NCBI RefSeq assembly: GCF_006345805.1
Contig: NC_042997.1
Location: forward strand, 73,718,001-73,782,000
DNA length: 64,000 nt
Source of the DNA: Octopus sinensis
Lineage: Eukaryota
Direction of reading: 5' to 3'
Below, piece by piece: positions 39,344 to 51,700 of this stretch. The translations under genes were made by a program, and so were the position numbers. Every line of letters begins with the position of its first letter. The first letter of the stretch is position 1. A model generated the notes under the pieces. That model was not told the DNA's origin. It saw only the letters and a program-made list of their open reading frames with translations, and searched no databases.

Positions 39344-40769
39344 CCACACGTTGCAAGACCACATATTTGTACATGAAGGCTATAGCTGATTGATTCGACC
39401 CTATATTTTAAGGATTTGGGGAATATGAATAAGAAAATGGACTTTCATCTTCTGAACTACTTATTCTCCCATCCTAGCACACTGCCCTACGTAAAATAAG
39501 GAAAGGCTGCAATTGTTCTTCAATAATATTTCAAGATATCACATGACTATTCTGATCATCGTTAATTACAATGGTCTAATTCCTTTTATAAAGCAGAGTT
39601 GCTGTTGTAAGCAATTCATATCTGATTGCTCACAAAACTTTGATATAACTTTAATTCATTTAATTTCTATTTGAAAATATCTTTTGACATAACTGCAAAG
39701 AAAGCATTTCAACGGATTTGTTTTATTGTTCTAAAAGGTTTTATAGATTATAGTTAACTATTTTTACAAATACGAAATTGTAATTATACAGCGTAATAAG
39801 CTGTAATTACTAATAAAGCAAATTGCTTTAGAACTCAGTGTAGCTTTTGAAAAGTGAATGGGTTATTAGGATTTATCAATAACCATATTTCTATTCACAA
39901 AAGACAATAATCAACCGGAATAACTCAAATATTGTCTTTTTAATATAAATTTATTACTGCTGAGAAACAGAACATTTAACACTCAAATTTGGGCGTAATG
40001 TGCTTATTTAGAAAGGATCCTAGAGAAGAAATATTAATTTGATCACTTTAACTTTGCAATATTATATTTAAAGAGCAACAAACTGTTCTGTATGCTCTCG
40101 CTCAGTGTCCCAATATTCCTGTCTTTTCGAGTTATGTTGAATAGTCATGCCATGTGCTCCATGGATTCAATACGTGTGAGGAACGCCTGGAAAGGTGGAT
40201 TACGACAGAATAAGGTTTTGTCCAGTAAATTTACTGGACAATAAGTTTAAATTCGTCCAGGAAATTTATTGAAAGGTGTTTGTGCATGAGGAGTACGGAC
40301 ATGTGAAGGTACCTACATCGCCAATATGCCAGAGATCTCCATGTGGCTATCCGCCTATTGGAATGTTTTAGATCAGTTTTCTATATACACTTGTTTTTTA
40401 TGACTGTTTATACTTCATTCTGTAAAACACCGACTGTTTCAGTGATTTCTGATTTACTTTGTAAATCAGAGGCAAAGGAGGAGGTGCGTCGGACAAAACA
40501 CCATTTGGTATGTAGTTTCATTCTTTGATGCAGATCGTTCAAATTCTGTCGCTTTTAAATTGTTTTAAGTTCGTTTGGTCGAGTTCCCTCCCTAATACCA
40601 ACCATCTATTACATTGCAAAAGCAATGATACACCTGACATTATAATCAGGTGTCAGAAGACCTCCTACGGCAATAAACCATTATTGCTCCTGAAAGTTGT
40701 TCTTTATGCATTCTACGAGCTGCTCCAAGCTTACTTACATCCTATACATTGATCTTTGAATCTTAGCTT

Positions 40770-40920
<151 letters not shown>

Positions 40921-41187
40921 ATATATATATATAAAATAATATGTACAATTACTCAATAGTCAAGATAAAACTGAGTTTCAGATACCGAAGTGGAAATCCA
41001 CAGCACCATCTCTTCGGTTATCTTGCCATCTGAAAAAACGCTTTGAAAAAATACCGTTATATAAAGGGAAATGACTGTGTTATATATATATATATGGGGT
41101 GGAGAATTGACAAAAAACAAAAGACGAAGACAGGTGGTGTAGACAAGAAATAGATATATTAGTTTAACGCTCGGGAAGTAAAAATAT

Positions 41188-41293
<106 letters not shown>

Positions 41294-41305
41294 TATATAT
41301 ATATA

Positions 41306-41370
<65 letters not shown>

Positions 41371-41436
41371 AAGATAGATAGATAGATAGATGATAGATAG
41401 ATAGATAGATAGATATAGATATAGATATAGATATAG

Positions 41437-41472
<36 letters not shown>

Positions 41473-41545
41473 GTAGTAAATTTTTACAAATTTCACTACC
41501 AGTGGCCTAGCATGTATAGAAAGTCAATAGACGACATATTATTCA

Positions 41546-42057
41546 ATATAAAATAGTATACATTTAAACACAAAGAGAAATTACCTATAACAGATAATTT
41601 CTACACGCTAGGACACAGTCAAAAGGACCGAAAACCACAAAATTTAAGCAATTTCAAAGGGAATGAAAAAATAAAACTTTTACCTTGGTTTTTGGTTTTA
41701 CCTTGTTTCGAAATTTTTTAGTAAATAAAATAATTTACTAGGCAAATTCTCATCAGTAACCGAGCCATACATAGCACGTGTCCTATCTTTATATGTTATA
41801 ATTTTTTTTCAAATTATATGTTAGTTTGGATGGCTCGGTTGCTGATGAGAATTTTCCTAGTAAATTATTTTATTTATTAAAAAATTTCGAAACCTATAGG
41901 TATAACCGTAAAAACAAGGTAAAAGTTTAATATTTTTTCATTCCTTTTGAAATTGCTTAAATTTTGTGGTTTCGGTCGTTTTGACTGTTTCCTAGCGTGT
42001 ACAAACTGCCTGTTATAGGTAATTTCTCTTTGTGTTTAAAAGTACACTATTTTATAT
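41546..42057. mobile_element. Fold-back of two ~225-bp inverted PLE-like pLTRs
   Basis: 41546-41768 is the reverse complement of 41830-42057 with scattered differences; 61-nt spacer. Confidence 0.8.
41836..41908 (+). ncRNA. Type I hammerhead ribozyme, apparently intact
   Basis: CGGTTG-CTGATGA-(GAATTTT...AAAATTTC)-GAAA-CCTATAGG-TA^-TAACCG. All core nucleotides present; predicted cut between 41902 and 41903. Confidence 0.75.
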
Positions 42058-42183
42058 ATATATATAATATATATATATGATATGATATATTATAATATAA
42101 TGTAATATATAATATATATAATATATGTAATATAATATACATAATATATATAATATAATATATATATAATTTATATAATACGT

Positions 42184-42656
42184 ATCAGGTCATCCCATAA
42201 GTTCTGTCCGATTTTACCAAATTCAAATTTGAATGAGATTTAATAGTATTTTAGAATGTCTAATGAAATTGAAAATTATTTTTAGACATATGTGTACCTT
42301 TAAACTCATTAAATATTATTTTACAGAATAATAGAATTAAAATTTCTTTCATTAAAACCCTTTCTGACATGGACATATCCAAAGAGTATTTGAGGTTCTT
42401 AATACTTTATGAGTACAAAAAAGGAAACTCTGCAGCCGAAGCGACTCGAAATATACAATAAGCTTATGAGAAAGAATGCTTGAATGAAAGAATTTGCAGA
42501 AGATGGTTTGCAAAATTCAGAAGTGCAGATTTCAGCCTTGAAGATGAAGACCGTCCAGTTGAATTAGATGATAAGCTCCTTGAGGCATTACTTAAAGAAA
42601 ATCCTGCATTATCAGTTGAAGAATTTGCAATAAAATTTAGTTCAAACCATTCAACA
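42184..42656 (+). mobile_element. 5' portion of a mariner (left end and HTH coding region)
   Basis: TA-TCAGGTCATCCCATAAGTTCTG terminus; MDISKEYLRFLILYEYKKGNSAAEA..RRWFAKFRSADFSLEDEDRP; stop at 42459. Confidence 0.8.
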
Positions 42657-43295
42657 GAATGGTTTGCACTAACAGAAATAGATAATATCAAGCACAACTC
42701 GGCTGTAGGCCCCGATAAGTTCCCGGCCACTGTCCTGAAGATGTGTCAATATAAAATTCCACTCCTTCTAGCTCAGCTCTGGACAAACTTAATAGACGCT
42801 ACATTCTTGATCCTTTTTCCCCAGTCTGTCGTTCAAGTCTTCAAAAATGGAGACAAATCTCCTACAGTGAACTACCGTCCAGTTTCACTCACTTCTCATA
42901 TCATCAAAGTATTTGAGAGGGTGGTGAGATCGCGAATAACTCACTTCCTCGAAGACAACAATCTGCCGAACCCCAAACAGCATGAATTCCGTGATGGCAG
43001 GGACTGCCTGTCACACCTTCTGCACCATTTTGATGAGATCTTAAAAGCGTTAGAAGAAGGCTCCAACACTGATACCTTGATTTCAGCAAGGCATTTGACA
43101 GATTGGACCACAAAATCCTGCTGAAGAGACTGTCCAGCATTAGAGTCCGTGGAAAGCTGCTGCAGTGGATAATGTGTTTCCTGACGAACAGAAACCAACA
43201 CGTTCTGTTTGAGGGAATACGATCCAACGTAGCCAAAGTCAGTTGTGGTGTCTCACAAGGCACTGTGTTGAGCCAACTCATTATTTACATCAACA
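42657..43295 (+). mobile_element. CR1/L2-clade LINE RT fragment
   Basis: SAVGPDKFP, NYRPVSLTSHIIKVFERV, QHEFRDGRDCLSHL, (YL)DFSKAFD, GKLLQWI..FLTNR.Q, CGVSQGTVL. Confidence 0.85.
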
Positions 43296-43317
43296 ACACA
43301 CACACACACACACACAG

Positions 43318-43389
<72 letters not shown>

Positions 43390-43392
<3 letters not shown>

Positions 43393-43720
43393 TCCAGACC
43401 GAAGATACAAGGAAAACAAGGACGGACCATTCGGAGTTTTCTATCCTCAGTCGAGTTCCAGATTATCTTTGCAATCGGCTGGTTATACTGGAGATTGCTC
43501 CAATCTGGCCAGCCCCAAGGAAAACATCTTGACAGTTAGGTGAAACAAAAAAAGGGAAAAACAAAATATCCAGACCAACTGAAATTGCAAAGATAATCTG
43601 GAACTCGACTGAGGATAGAAAACTCCGAATGATCCGTCCTTGTTTTCCTTGTATCGTCTGTCTGGATATTTTGTTCTTCCTTTTTTTGTTTTTGATTTCG
43701 CATAACTGTCTGGATGTTTT
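43390..43720. mobile_element. Fold-back pLTR-like element with ~86-bp near-perfect inverted arms
   Basis: 43390-43475 vs 43584-43669; bounded by (TA)n and (TG)(TA)n. Confidence 0.7.
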
Positions 43721-43753
43721 CTGTTCTTGTGCCATTTTTGTATTTTATGTGTG

Positions 43754-43797
<44 letters not shown>

Positions 43798-44559
43798 TGG
43801 GTACGAGTGTGTATATACACAAGTGCTTCGCTATTTGTATGCACAAGTCAAATTGAGTACGTTTGCTTACTTATCTATGTGAATGTATGTGGGCATGTAT
43901 ATATTCTCACATTTGCAAGAGGGAATGTATATATGTGTAAAAGTGTATATGTCGATCAGTGTATGTATATGTGTATACATATGTATACTTATGTATATGT
44001 AAGTATATATAGATGCCCAATATATATGTATATGTGTGTGTACATGAATGTATGTGTATGCATATGTGAGCGTGTCTGTTTGTATATACAGGCATATATA
44101 TATAAGTTTTTTGTGTGGGGAAGGTTTGTGTGAATCTGTGTGTATGTATGTATGTATCTATGTATGTATGTATGCATGCATGTACGCATGTATTCGACCA
44201 CTGATTGCAGATGGTCAGCTAATAAAATTTGTACGTGCAGTCAACCATGAAGAACAAGTCAGCGATCTGTCGGTACCAAAACACCCATCCACTACACTCT
44301 GGCAGCAAACAACATGAATCTACCAATTGATACAAAATTCAAACCAAGATGATCGGATGTCATGACTTTGAAGTCGAATATTTTAAACTAACGGAGACAA
44401 CACTTGAAACTCACCTGAGCATACATAACTGGATTTCATTATGTAAAAAACAGTTGCATAATCAAATACCTGTATCTTTGGAGAACCTCTATGAGTGGAA
44501 ACAATTATAGTGATTAAAAATAGCTTTCCAACCGTACTCCTTCTTATCGACTCCAATTT

Positions 44560-44965
44560 CTTCACTGTTCTGAAGATGTATTGACCTCAAATTGCACCCC
44601 CACTAGCTGGGCTCTGGGAAAACTCACTTCCTACAGGTTGCATTCCTGATACTTTTTTCCCCAGTCTGTCGTTCAAGTCTTCAAAAAGTGAAACAAATCT
44701 CCTGCAGTGAACTACCGTCCGGTATCACTCACTTCTCATATCATTAATGTATTTGAGAGGGTGGTGAGATCGCGAATAACTCACTTCCTCGAAGACAACA
44801 ATCTGCTGAACCCCAACCAGCATGAATTCCGTGATGACAGGGACTGCCTGTCACACCTTCTGCACCATTTTGATGACATCTTAAAATCGTTAGAAGAAGG
44901 CTCCAACACTGATACCTTGATTTCAGCAAGGCATTTGACAGAGTGGACCACAAAATCCTGCTGAA
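44560..44965 (+). mobile_element. Second CR1/L2 RT fragment, near-copy of 42800-43120
   Basis: NYRPVSLTSHIINVFERVVRSRITHFLEDNNLLNPNQHEFR. Confidence 0.85.
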
Positions 44966-45003
44966 GAAAGTGTTGTGATTTTATATATATATATATATAT
45001 ACA

Positions 45004-45042
<39 letters not shown>

Positions 45043-45156
45043 TAAGCAATAAGGGTTTAGCAACGAATTGCCTTACCACATACCGAATTTAGAAATAGCA
45101 GTCAAAGGGTTATAGCTATTTCTTCTACTAAAAAGGGAGATCTCAGTAAAAACAGC

Positions 45157-45283
<127 letters not shown>

Positions 45284-45304
45284 CATATATATATATATAT
45301 ATCT

Positions 45305-45703
45305 TTTACTCTTTTACTCTTTTACTTGTTTCAGTCATTTGACTGCGGCCATGCTGGAGCACCGCTTTTTGTCGAGCAAATTGACCCCGGGACTTATTCT
45401 TTGTAAGCCCAGTACTTATTCTATCGGTCTCTTTTGCCGAACCGCTAAGTGACGGGGACGTAAACACACCAGCATCGGTTGTCAGATAATGCTAGGGGGA
45501 CAAATACAGACACACAAACACATACACACACTTATACATATATACGACAGGCTTCTTTCAGTTTCCGTCTACCAAATTCACTCACAAGGCATTGGTCGGC
45601 CCGGGGCTATAGCAGCAGACACTTGCCCAAGATGCCATGCAGTGGGACTGAACCCGGAACCATGTGGCTGGTTAGCAAGCTACTTACCACACAGCCACTC
45701 CTA
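45305..45703 (-). mobile_element. Full-length SINE
   Basis: Same family as 9730-10160; appears little diverged. Confidence 0.9.
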
Positions 45704-46269
45704 CATATATATGTAATAGAAATATGTTACAAAATGAAAATAGAAACTACACGTGGTAGTGTAAGGGGAAAGTAAGAAAAATATACGAAAATGCACATCG
45801 TAAATAAAAAAAGGTAAAGGCTTTTTATGAAAAGTAACGAAAGATATATACAATTAGATGAACTGAGGTAGGAATAAAAGTAATAAAAGTCATTATTGTG
45901 AAATTATTAAAGAGATTCAAGCATACTGGTTTCGTAAGTTACTAATCATTGCTTTCAATACATCTATTCATTGCTTTGAATGCACACCGATTAATGGACG
46001 ATGTCAGGTCTAATAGTTCCTGAGAAAAAAGATTATTTGTAAGGGAGGTAAGTAGTTCTGGATTTGGTGCAATTAGGTTAGATATAGAATTGTAATGCGA
46101 ATGGTGTAAGGGATGTATGGGGCTTAGTGGTATTAATTGAAAGGTTAGTAGTGTTCTGTATTATGTTATGTGTTCATATTTGGTTGGGGAAGATATTTAT
46201 TGATGAAAGTTGCCTCTTTATTCATTCTTTGTTGCATTGAGATGTTCTGTGAACATTAATAGAAGAGGA

Positions 46270-46660
46270 AAATTAATAACTTCTAGCAATAGCTTTCTTT
46301 ATTTCGGATGTTCGGTGGATCTTAAAAGACGTCTTAACAATCCTTTTTCCTCTTTTAGGCTCAAACATAAGGCAGGTTGCACAACACTATCTAACAAAAT
46401 TTGGGAACTAAAAACAAATAATATAGAATTCAACCTAAAATGGGATATAGTTAGAAGGGCGCAACCTTATAGAAATAGTAGGGATGGTTGTCAAATTTGT
46501 TCTATGGAAACTTATGAAATTTTAAAACATCAGAGTAATACAAATCTGTTGAATAATCGTCTGGAGTTGGGATATCTTGTATGCATTGCACAACCCGAAC
46601 GTTTAAATACTTTAAATAATAATTTTGTGAGTATTCCTATATTTTTCAAATTTTAATTCT
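46270..46660 (+). mobile_element. PLE GIY-YIG C-terminal fragment
   Basis: YFGCSVDLKRRLNNPFSSFR..TTLSNKIWELK..NLKWDIVRRAQPY..CQIC..LLNNRLEL. Confidence 0.75.
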
Positions 46661-47430
46661 TTATAATCAAATAAGAAGACATATACTAGCTTTCAATTTA
46701 ACATTCCTCGATGACTAAAAAAACTTCACTGCAAACTTGAAATTGGAATTTTTTTCTAAATTTAATCTAGCTTTAAAATTAATAAAGCTTTCCCCCAGTT
46801 AAAAAATACTATGCCTACTCATAATAATAAGTGATAGGTTTTATTTTTCTTCCCCTTTTTTTTCTCTAGATTACACTCTCTGTGAATGGGATTAGGACCA
46901 TTTGACATTGACCTAGTTTCTCTCACCAAATAGCAGTAATTGGCATTTATTAGTGGCAATTGCTGTCTTCAACATGAATTCCTTTTATAGAGTTTCTGAA
47001 ACCTCCTTTACCCCATTTCTACAATTAAAAAAATCATTATTGCTTCTAACCTTACGGCAGTTAGGAACAGCCATATCTTAGTCAGTCAGTGGAAGGACTT
47101 CACTACCTCATATGTTCTTAAAATTTAAATCCACATCTTTGTCTGTATATCTACCTTCTCTATAATGTTGCCACTTGATTTGAAAATTTTTGTATTAATG
47201 GAAAAGCTCTATAATTGGCTGATGAGTACTCAGTATCTTAAATCTGTTGTAATACTTACAACATTTAATAAAATGAGGTAGTACGAAACGATCGTACGAA
47301 ATTACTGGAGTCATACTTGTTGCTTATTTTGATTATAATCACCCCGCGGATTTTTATGGATAACACCATACAAAATTCTGGTGCATCTAAATTAAGTACC
47401 ATATTCATTTGAATCTAAATTTTTGCTGAA

Positions 47431-47473
<43 letters not shown>

Positions 47474-47829
47474 TCTTTACTCTTTTACTTGTTTCAGTCA
47501 TTTGATTGCGGCCATGCTGGAGCACCGCCTTTAGTCGACCCCGGGACTTATTCTTTGTAAGCCCAGTACTTATTCTATCGGTCTCTTTTTGCCGAACCGC
47601 TAAGTGACGGGGACGTAAACACATCAGCATCGGTTGTCAAGCAATGCTAGGGGGACAAACACAGACACACACACACACACATACATATATATATACGACA
47701 TGCTTCTTTCAGTTTCTGTCTACCGAGGCTATAGCAGAAGACACTTGCCCAAGATGCCACGCAGTGGGACTGAACCCGGAACCATGTGGTTGGTTAGCAA
47801 GCTACTTACCACACAGCCACTCCCGCGCC
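47474..47829 (-). mobile_element. SINE with internal deletion
   Basis: Same family as 45305-45703. Confidence 0.85.
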
Positions 47830-48539
47830 TAGATATATTTACATATGTATATATATATATATATATAGCTTTTATATATTTTTATTGCTTTATATATTTA
47901 TGTTTACATATTTTTCCTTATATTACCTTTCACCTTGTATTTTTGTGCATGCGCGTATATAGACGTGTATATGAACTTATTTGTGCGCGTATTGTTATAT
48001 ATACGTGTGTGTGTGTGTGTGTGCGTGTGTGCGGGTATGTATATGTGTACATGTGTATGGTTGCATATATATGTATACATATAGGTGTGTGTGTGTCTGT
48101 GTGTGTGCGGATATGTATATATGTACATGTGTATGGTTGCATATATATGTGCACATATAGGCGTGTGTGGGTGTGCACGTATGTGTTTCACGTGAGTGAG
48201 AGTGAGCATATGCATATAGGCACGTGTACGTGAGTGTACGTGCGCGCATGTGTATGTATGTACATGCGCGTATACTCGAATGCTATGAGCATTTTTTACT
48301 TTCTCCCCTTCGGTTTTTTCCCTATATTTAACGGTCATTTTCATGGCATTTTTGTTTGTCTTAATAACTGACGAGATGCCGGAGCAGTTTTCCGCCCCGA
48401 CATCCGAAATTCGGAGTTTTATTATGGCAACCGAATGATTGTCACATATTATATTACAGGTATATGTGTGTGTGTGTCTGTGTGTCTGTGTGTCTGTGTG
48501 TCTGTGTGCGTGTGTGTGCGTGAGAGTGTGTGTGTGACC

Positions 48540-48735
48540 GCGCGTGTATCGGTGGCGGTTTTCTTTCTCTGTCTTCCCTTCTTTGGACTTTTTCTATATT
48601 ACTGATGAAGAGCTCCCTCGAATCGTGAAATCCTCTTTCATTTCTTTCCTTTCCTGAGCGTCCAATATCACAGTACTTGTATCACGTCCTCGCGTTTTTG
48701 TTTTTTCTTGCTTGTTCTCGTTTGGATTGACTATA
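48540..48735 (+). mobile_element. Short hammerhead-like repeat, homolog of 33947-34115
   Basis: CTGATGAAGAGCTCCCTCGAATCGT; shared TTTCCTTTCCTGAGCGTCC...CACGTCCTCGCGTT. Confidence 0.6.
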
Positions 48736-51700
48736 CATACATGTATATATATAGAAATAGATGCACATATATCACAGTACATATAACGATATGAAAGGCC
48801 ATACATATATACACACATATATACATAAACAATGAAAGGGCTACAGGAAAAATAAAGGTCATACACTGGATTATTAAATACTTCACCAGTGTTTTTATCA
48901 CAAAAGCTACCAAACCATTACATTAAGAATACATAACTAGGGAGAATTAGCGATTTAATTTTTCATGTTAATTAATGGATCGAGAAAGTAAATAATAGAC
49001 GTAAATGACTTAGCAAGGTGCAAGTATAGATATCTAAGAAAATATTAAAGCATAAATTACTCCTAGCATTAAATAATATCTAAATGTGCAAAGCATTTAT
49101 TTAAACATATACTTTGTAATTTAGTTAAGTAAACTCGTCTCATTTCTGTACTATTTGAATATTATTTAATGCTAGGGGTAATGTTTTTAACATTCCTCTT
49201 ATAAACCAATAATCCTAATATCCGTAAGTGGTTTACCCACAACCATTACGGGCAAGATTACTGCCTACAATTCCTGAAGGAAATCGCACACCAACACAGT
49301 CTTACGTCTGCAACATCTTCAAGAAAGAGAACCTCTACTTTGTCACTCAACTTGCTATAAATAGCAGCTGAATATTCTCCAAATTACATATTATCCTCTT
49401 CAGAGATACATTACTTAGGTTATACAAATAGATGAGTTGGGTACAACTGTAACATATTTGTTCATACATTTTCTCAATCAGATTTAAGGTTAAACAATAA
49501 TAGCAACAGACTCTATCTGACTATTATCAGAAAAGCAGGGGATGCTTTGTGCATCGCACAGGTTGCAAGTTAAGCAGAAGATATATAAGTGTTTGAACTT
49601 ACTACTCTCCATCATAAAACTATATTTCTAACATTCATCTTTGGTTTTGATTTCTAAACAAAATTGATATTAGTTAACAATACACTTGCAAACTATATAA
49701 ATTTTTCACGTTTTACTTACGCCCTATGAACAGGGTTGGTATGTAAATGTATAAAACATAGAAAACAGTGACTGAAAGAGTTTGATATCTCGCCACAAAT
49801 AAACAACTCAGATATTCTGTTCGGCAATTTTGTTAATAGGTGGGGAATACATAATGACCAGCTGTTTTTGTAAACCTGAAGAATCTTGAGTAAACGTTTA
49901 CCGTAGCGCAAAGAAAATTTATTCTTTTCTATAGCTGACGTTTGTTACAAGCTAAATAGGTCAAACAAAATTGCAGCGTACCAAGCAATGTCCAAAATAT
50001 TTCAATATACACCTTCGTGGATAGCAACTAATGTTATGTTATAAATGAATATTATAAGCATTGAAGCAAACAGTTTTTTAAGAAAGCCTACAATTTCAGC
50101 GAAAAATTATAACATGAAAACTGAACAGCAAACGTTGAAACCAAAGCATAAAAGATAACAAAAAACTTTATAATGCTGCATTTGGATTAACGAACTGCGA
50201 TGTATATATTGATTAGAATATCTGTAAACATCTCAGCGCTGAAATACCTGTTTCGGATAACAGATTACTGCTAATTAAATTCATGAGCGGATAGCAGAAT
50301 AATATTTTTGCTCACTTCGTCGCTATTATTGGGTATGTGGCTACTTGTCTCGTGGAAATTAAAGGCTATGGAATGTGATAAGCGTCACAGTTTAGTCTCA
50401 TCACATTTAACAATATCATGTAAATTATCACATATCTATTTCTCTGTAACATCAGAAAAAAGATTCAAGTTCTTTTTGTATTTTTACTGTTTTAACTTCC
50501 AAATATTCAATTATACAGTTTTCAACTGATAATCATTTCTTTATAATTCTGCAATTGCTTATAAAATGGCATTTGGTTTAACGATACACTAACTTTCCAA
50601 CGGGACATATCTATCTCCTGTGTTTACAAGTCAAAAATATTCCTCATCATCAGCAGCATCGTCATCATCACAATAACTACCACCAACATCGTCACTACTA
50701 TCACAACCGTCGTCATCATCAGACAGTATCATGTCTAACTACAGGAGAAAGATAGAATAACAGGAATGTAGAAAGATAATAAGAACGACAAGAAGTACGT
50801 TTGAACGACTGACATATGGTCAGAACGGAGCCATATTTCTGTTAAACCTTTAACGACCGGAGAAAGATCAAAAGGTCTACTCATTCTCATTAATCTCTAA
50901 GTGCAGACAAAAGACAACAAAAGACTTTAAATTTCTGTTGTGTCTGGGGAGAGTCATTTTCTTTTTGTCCCCAGACACAAAAGAATATGCATCAAAACAC
51001 GAACTCATATAAAGAATGTTGCAAACCAAATCCAAAGACTTTAAATTTGTTTGACAATTAATAAAAATGTAGATTCTACGGCTGGAAAAATCCGTAAATA
51101 ATTTTTTTTTTCTCCAAAAAATAACATTCAAAACCGAATGTTTGCGATAACAGAAAAAATATAGTTGATTGGGTTATAAGTTAATGAGTTTTAAAACGTT
51201 AGTAATATTGGTGTAGATATAGGCGTGGTCTCTCTGTCTACGTGAAATCCCCACAAAATTTTCACAAAAAACTGAAAAATGAAAAACTGAGGTGGGAGGT
51301 AGAATTTAAATTTCAAAATGCTGATTTTGTTGCGGTCGGAATATTCGGCTTAAAATTCTTCAAGGCGATGCCCCAGCATGGTCGCAGTCTATTGACTGAA
51401 ACAAGTAAAAAGGAAAAAAAAAAAAAATAACTGAAAAATATATCTGAGGAGGTTTTGTCTGATTTCGCACTTTGACTAAGGAGATTTTGTCCGAAGCGAT
51501 TTTGTCCTAGGGGAGTTTTGTCCGGATCCCGATAAACACGTGCTACTAAACTGCTTCCAGATGATAAAAGCTTGTCTAGAACTAATCGCTAGCAAATCAT
51601 GTCTAATCAATCTAAGGAGCACACAATATTCGACTGTGATTATTTTTATAGATTGTATAAATGTATGTTTTATAGGTTATATTCAGTTTTGTTGGCTGGT

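Noticed and set aside
49920-50045. Strong plus-strand acceptor (TTCTTTTCTATAG) as the next receptor exon
   Set aside because: None of the three frames resembles TM6/TM7, and all hit stops.
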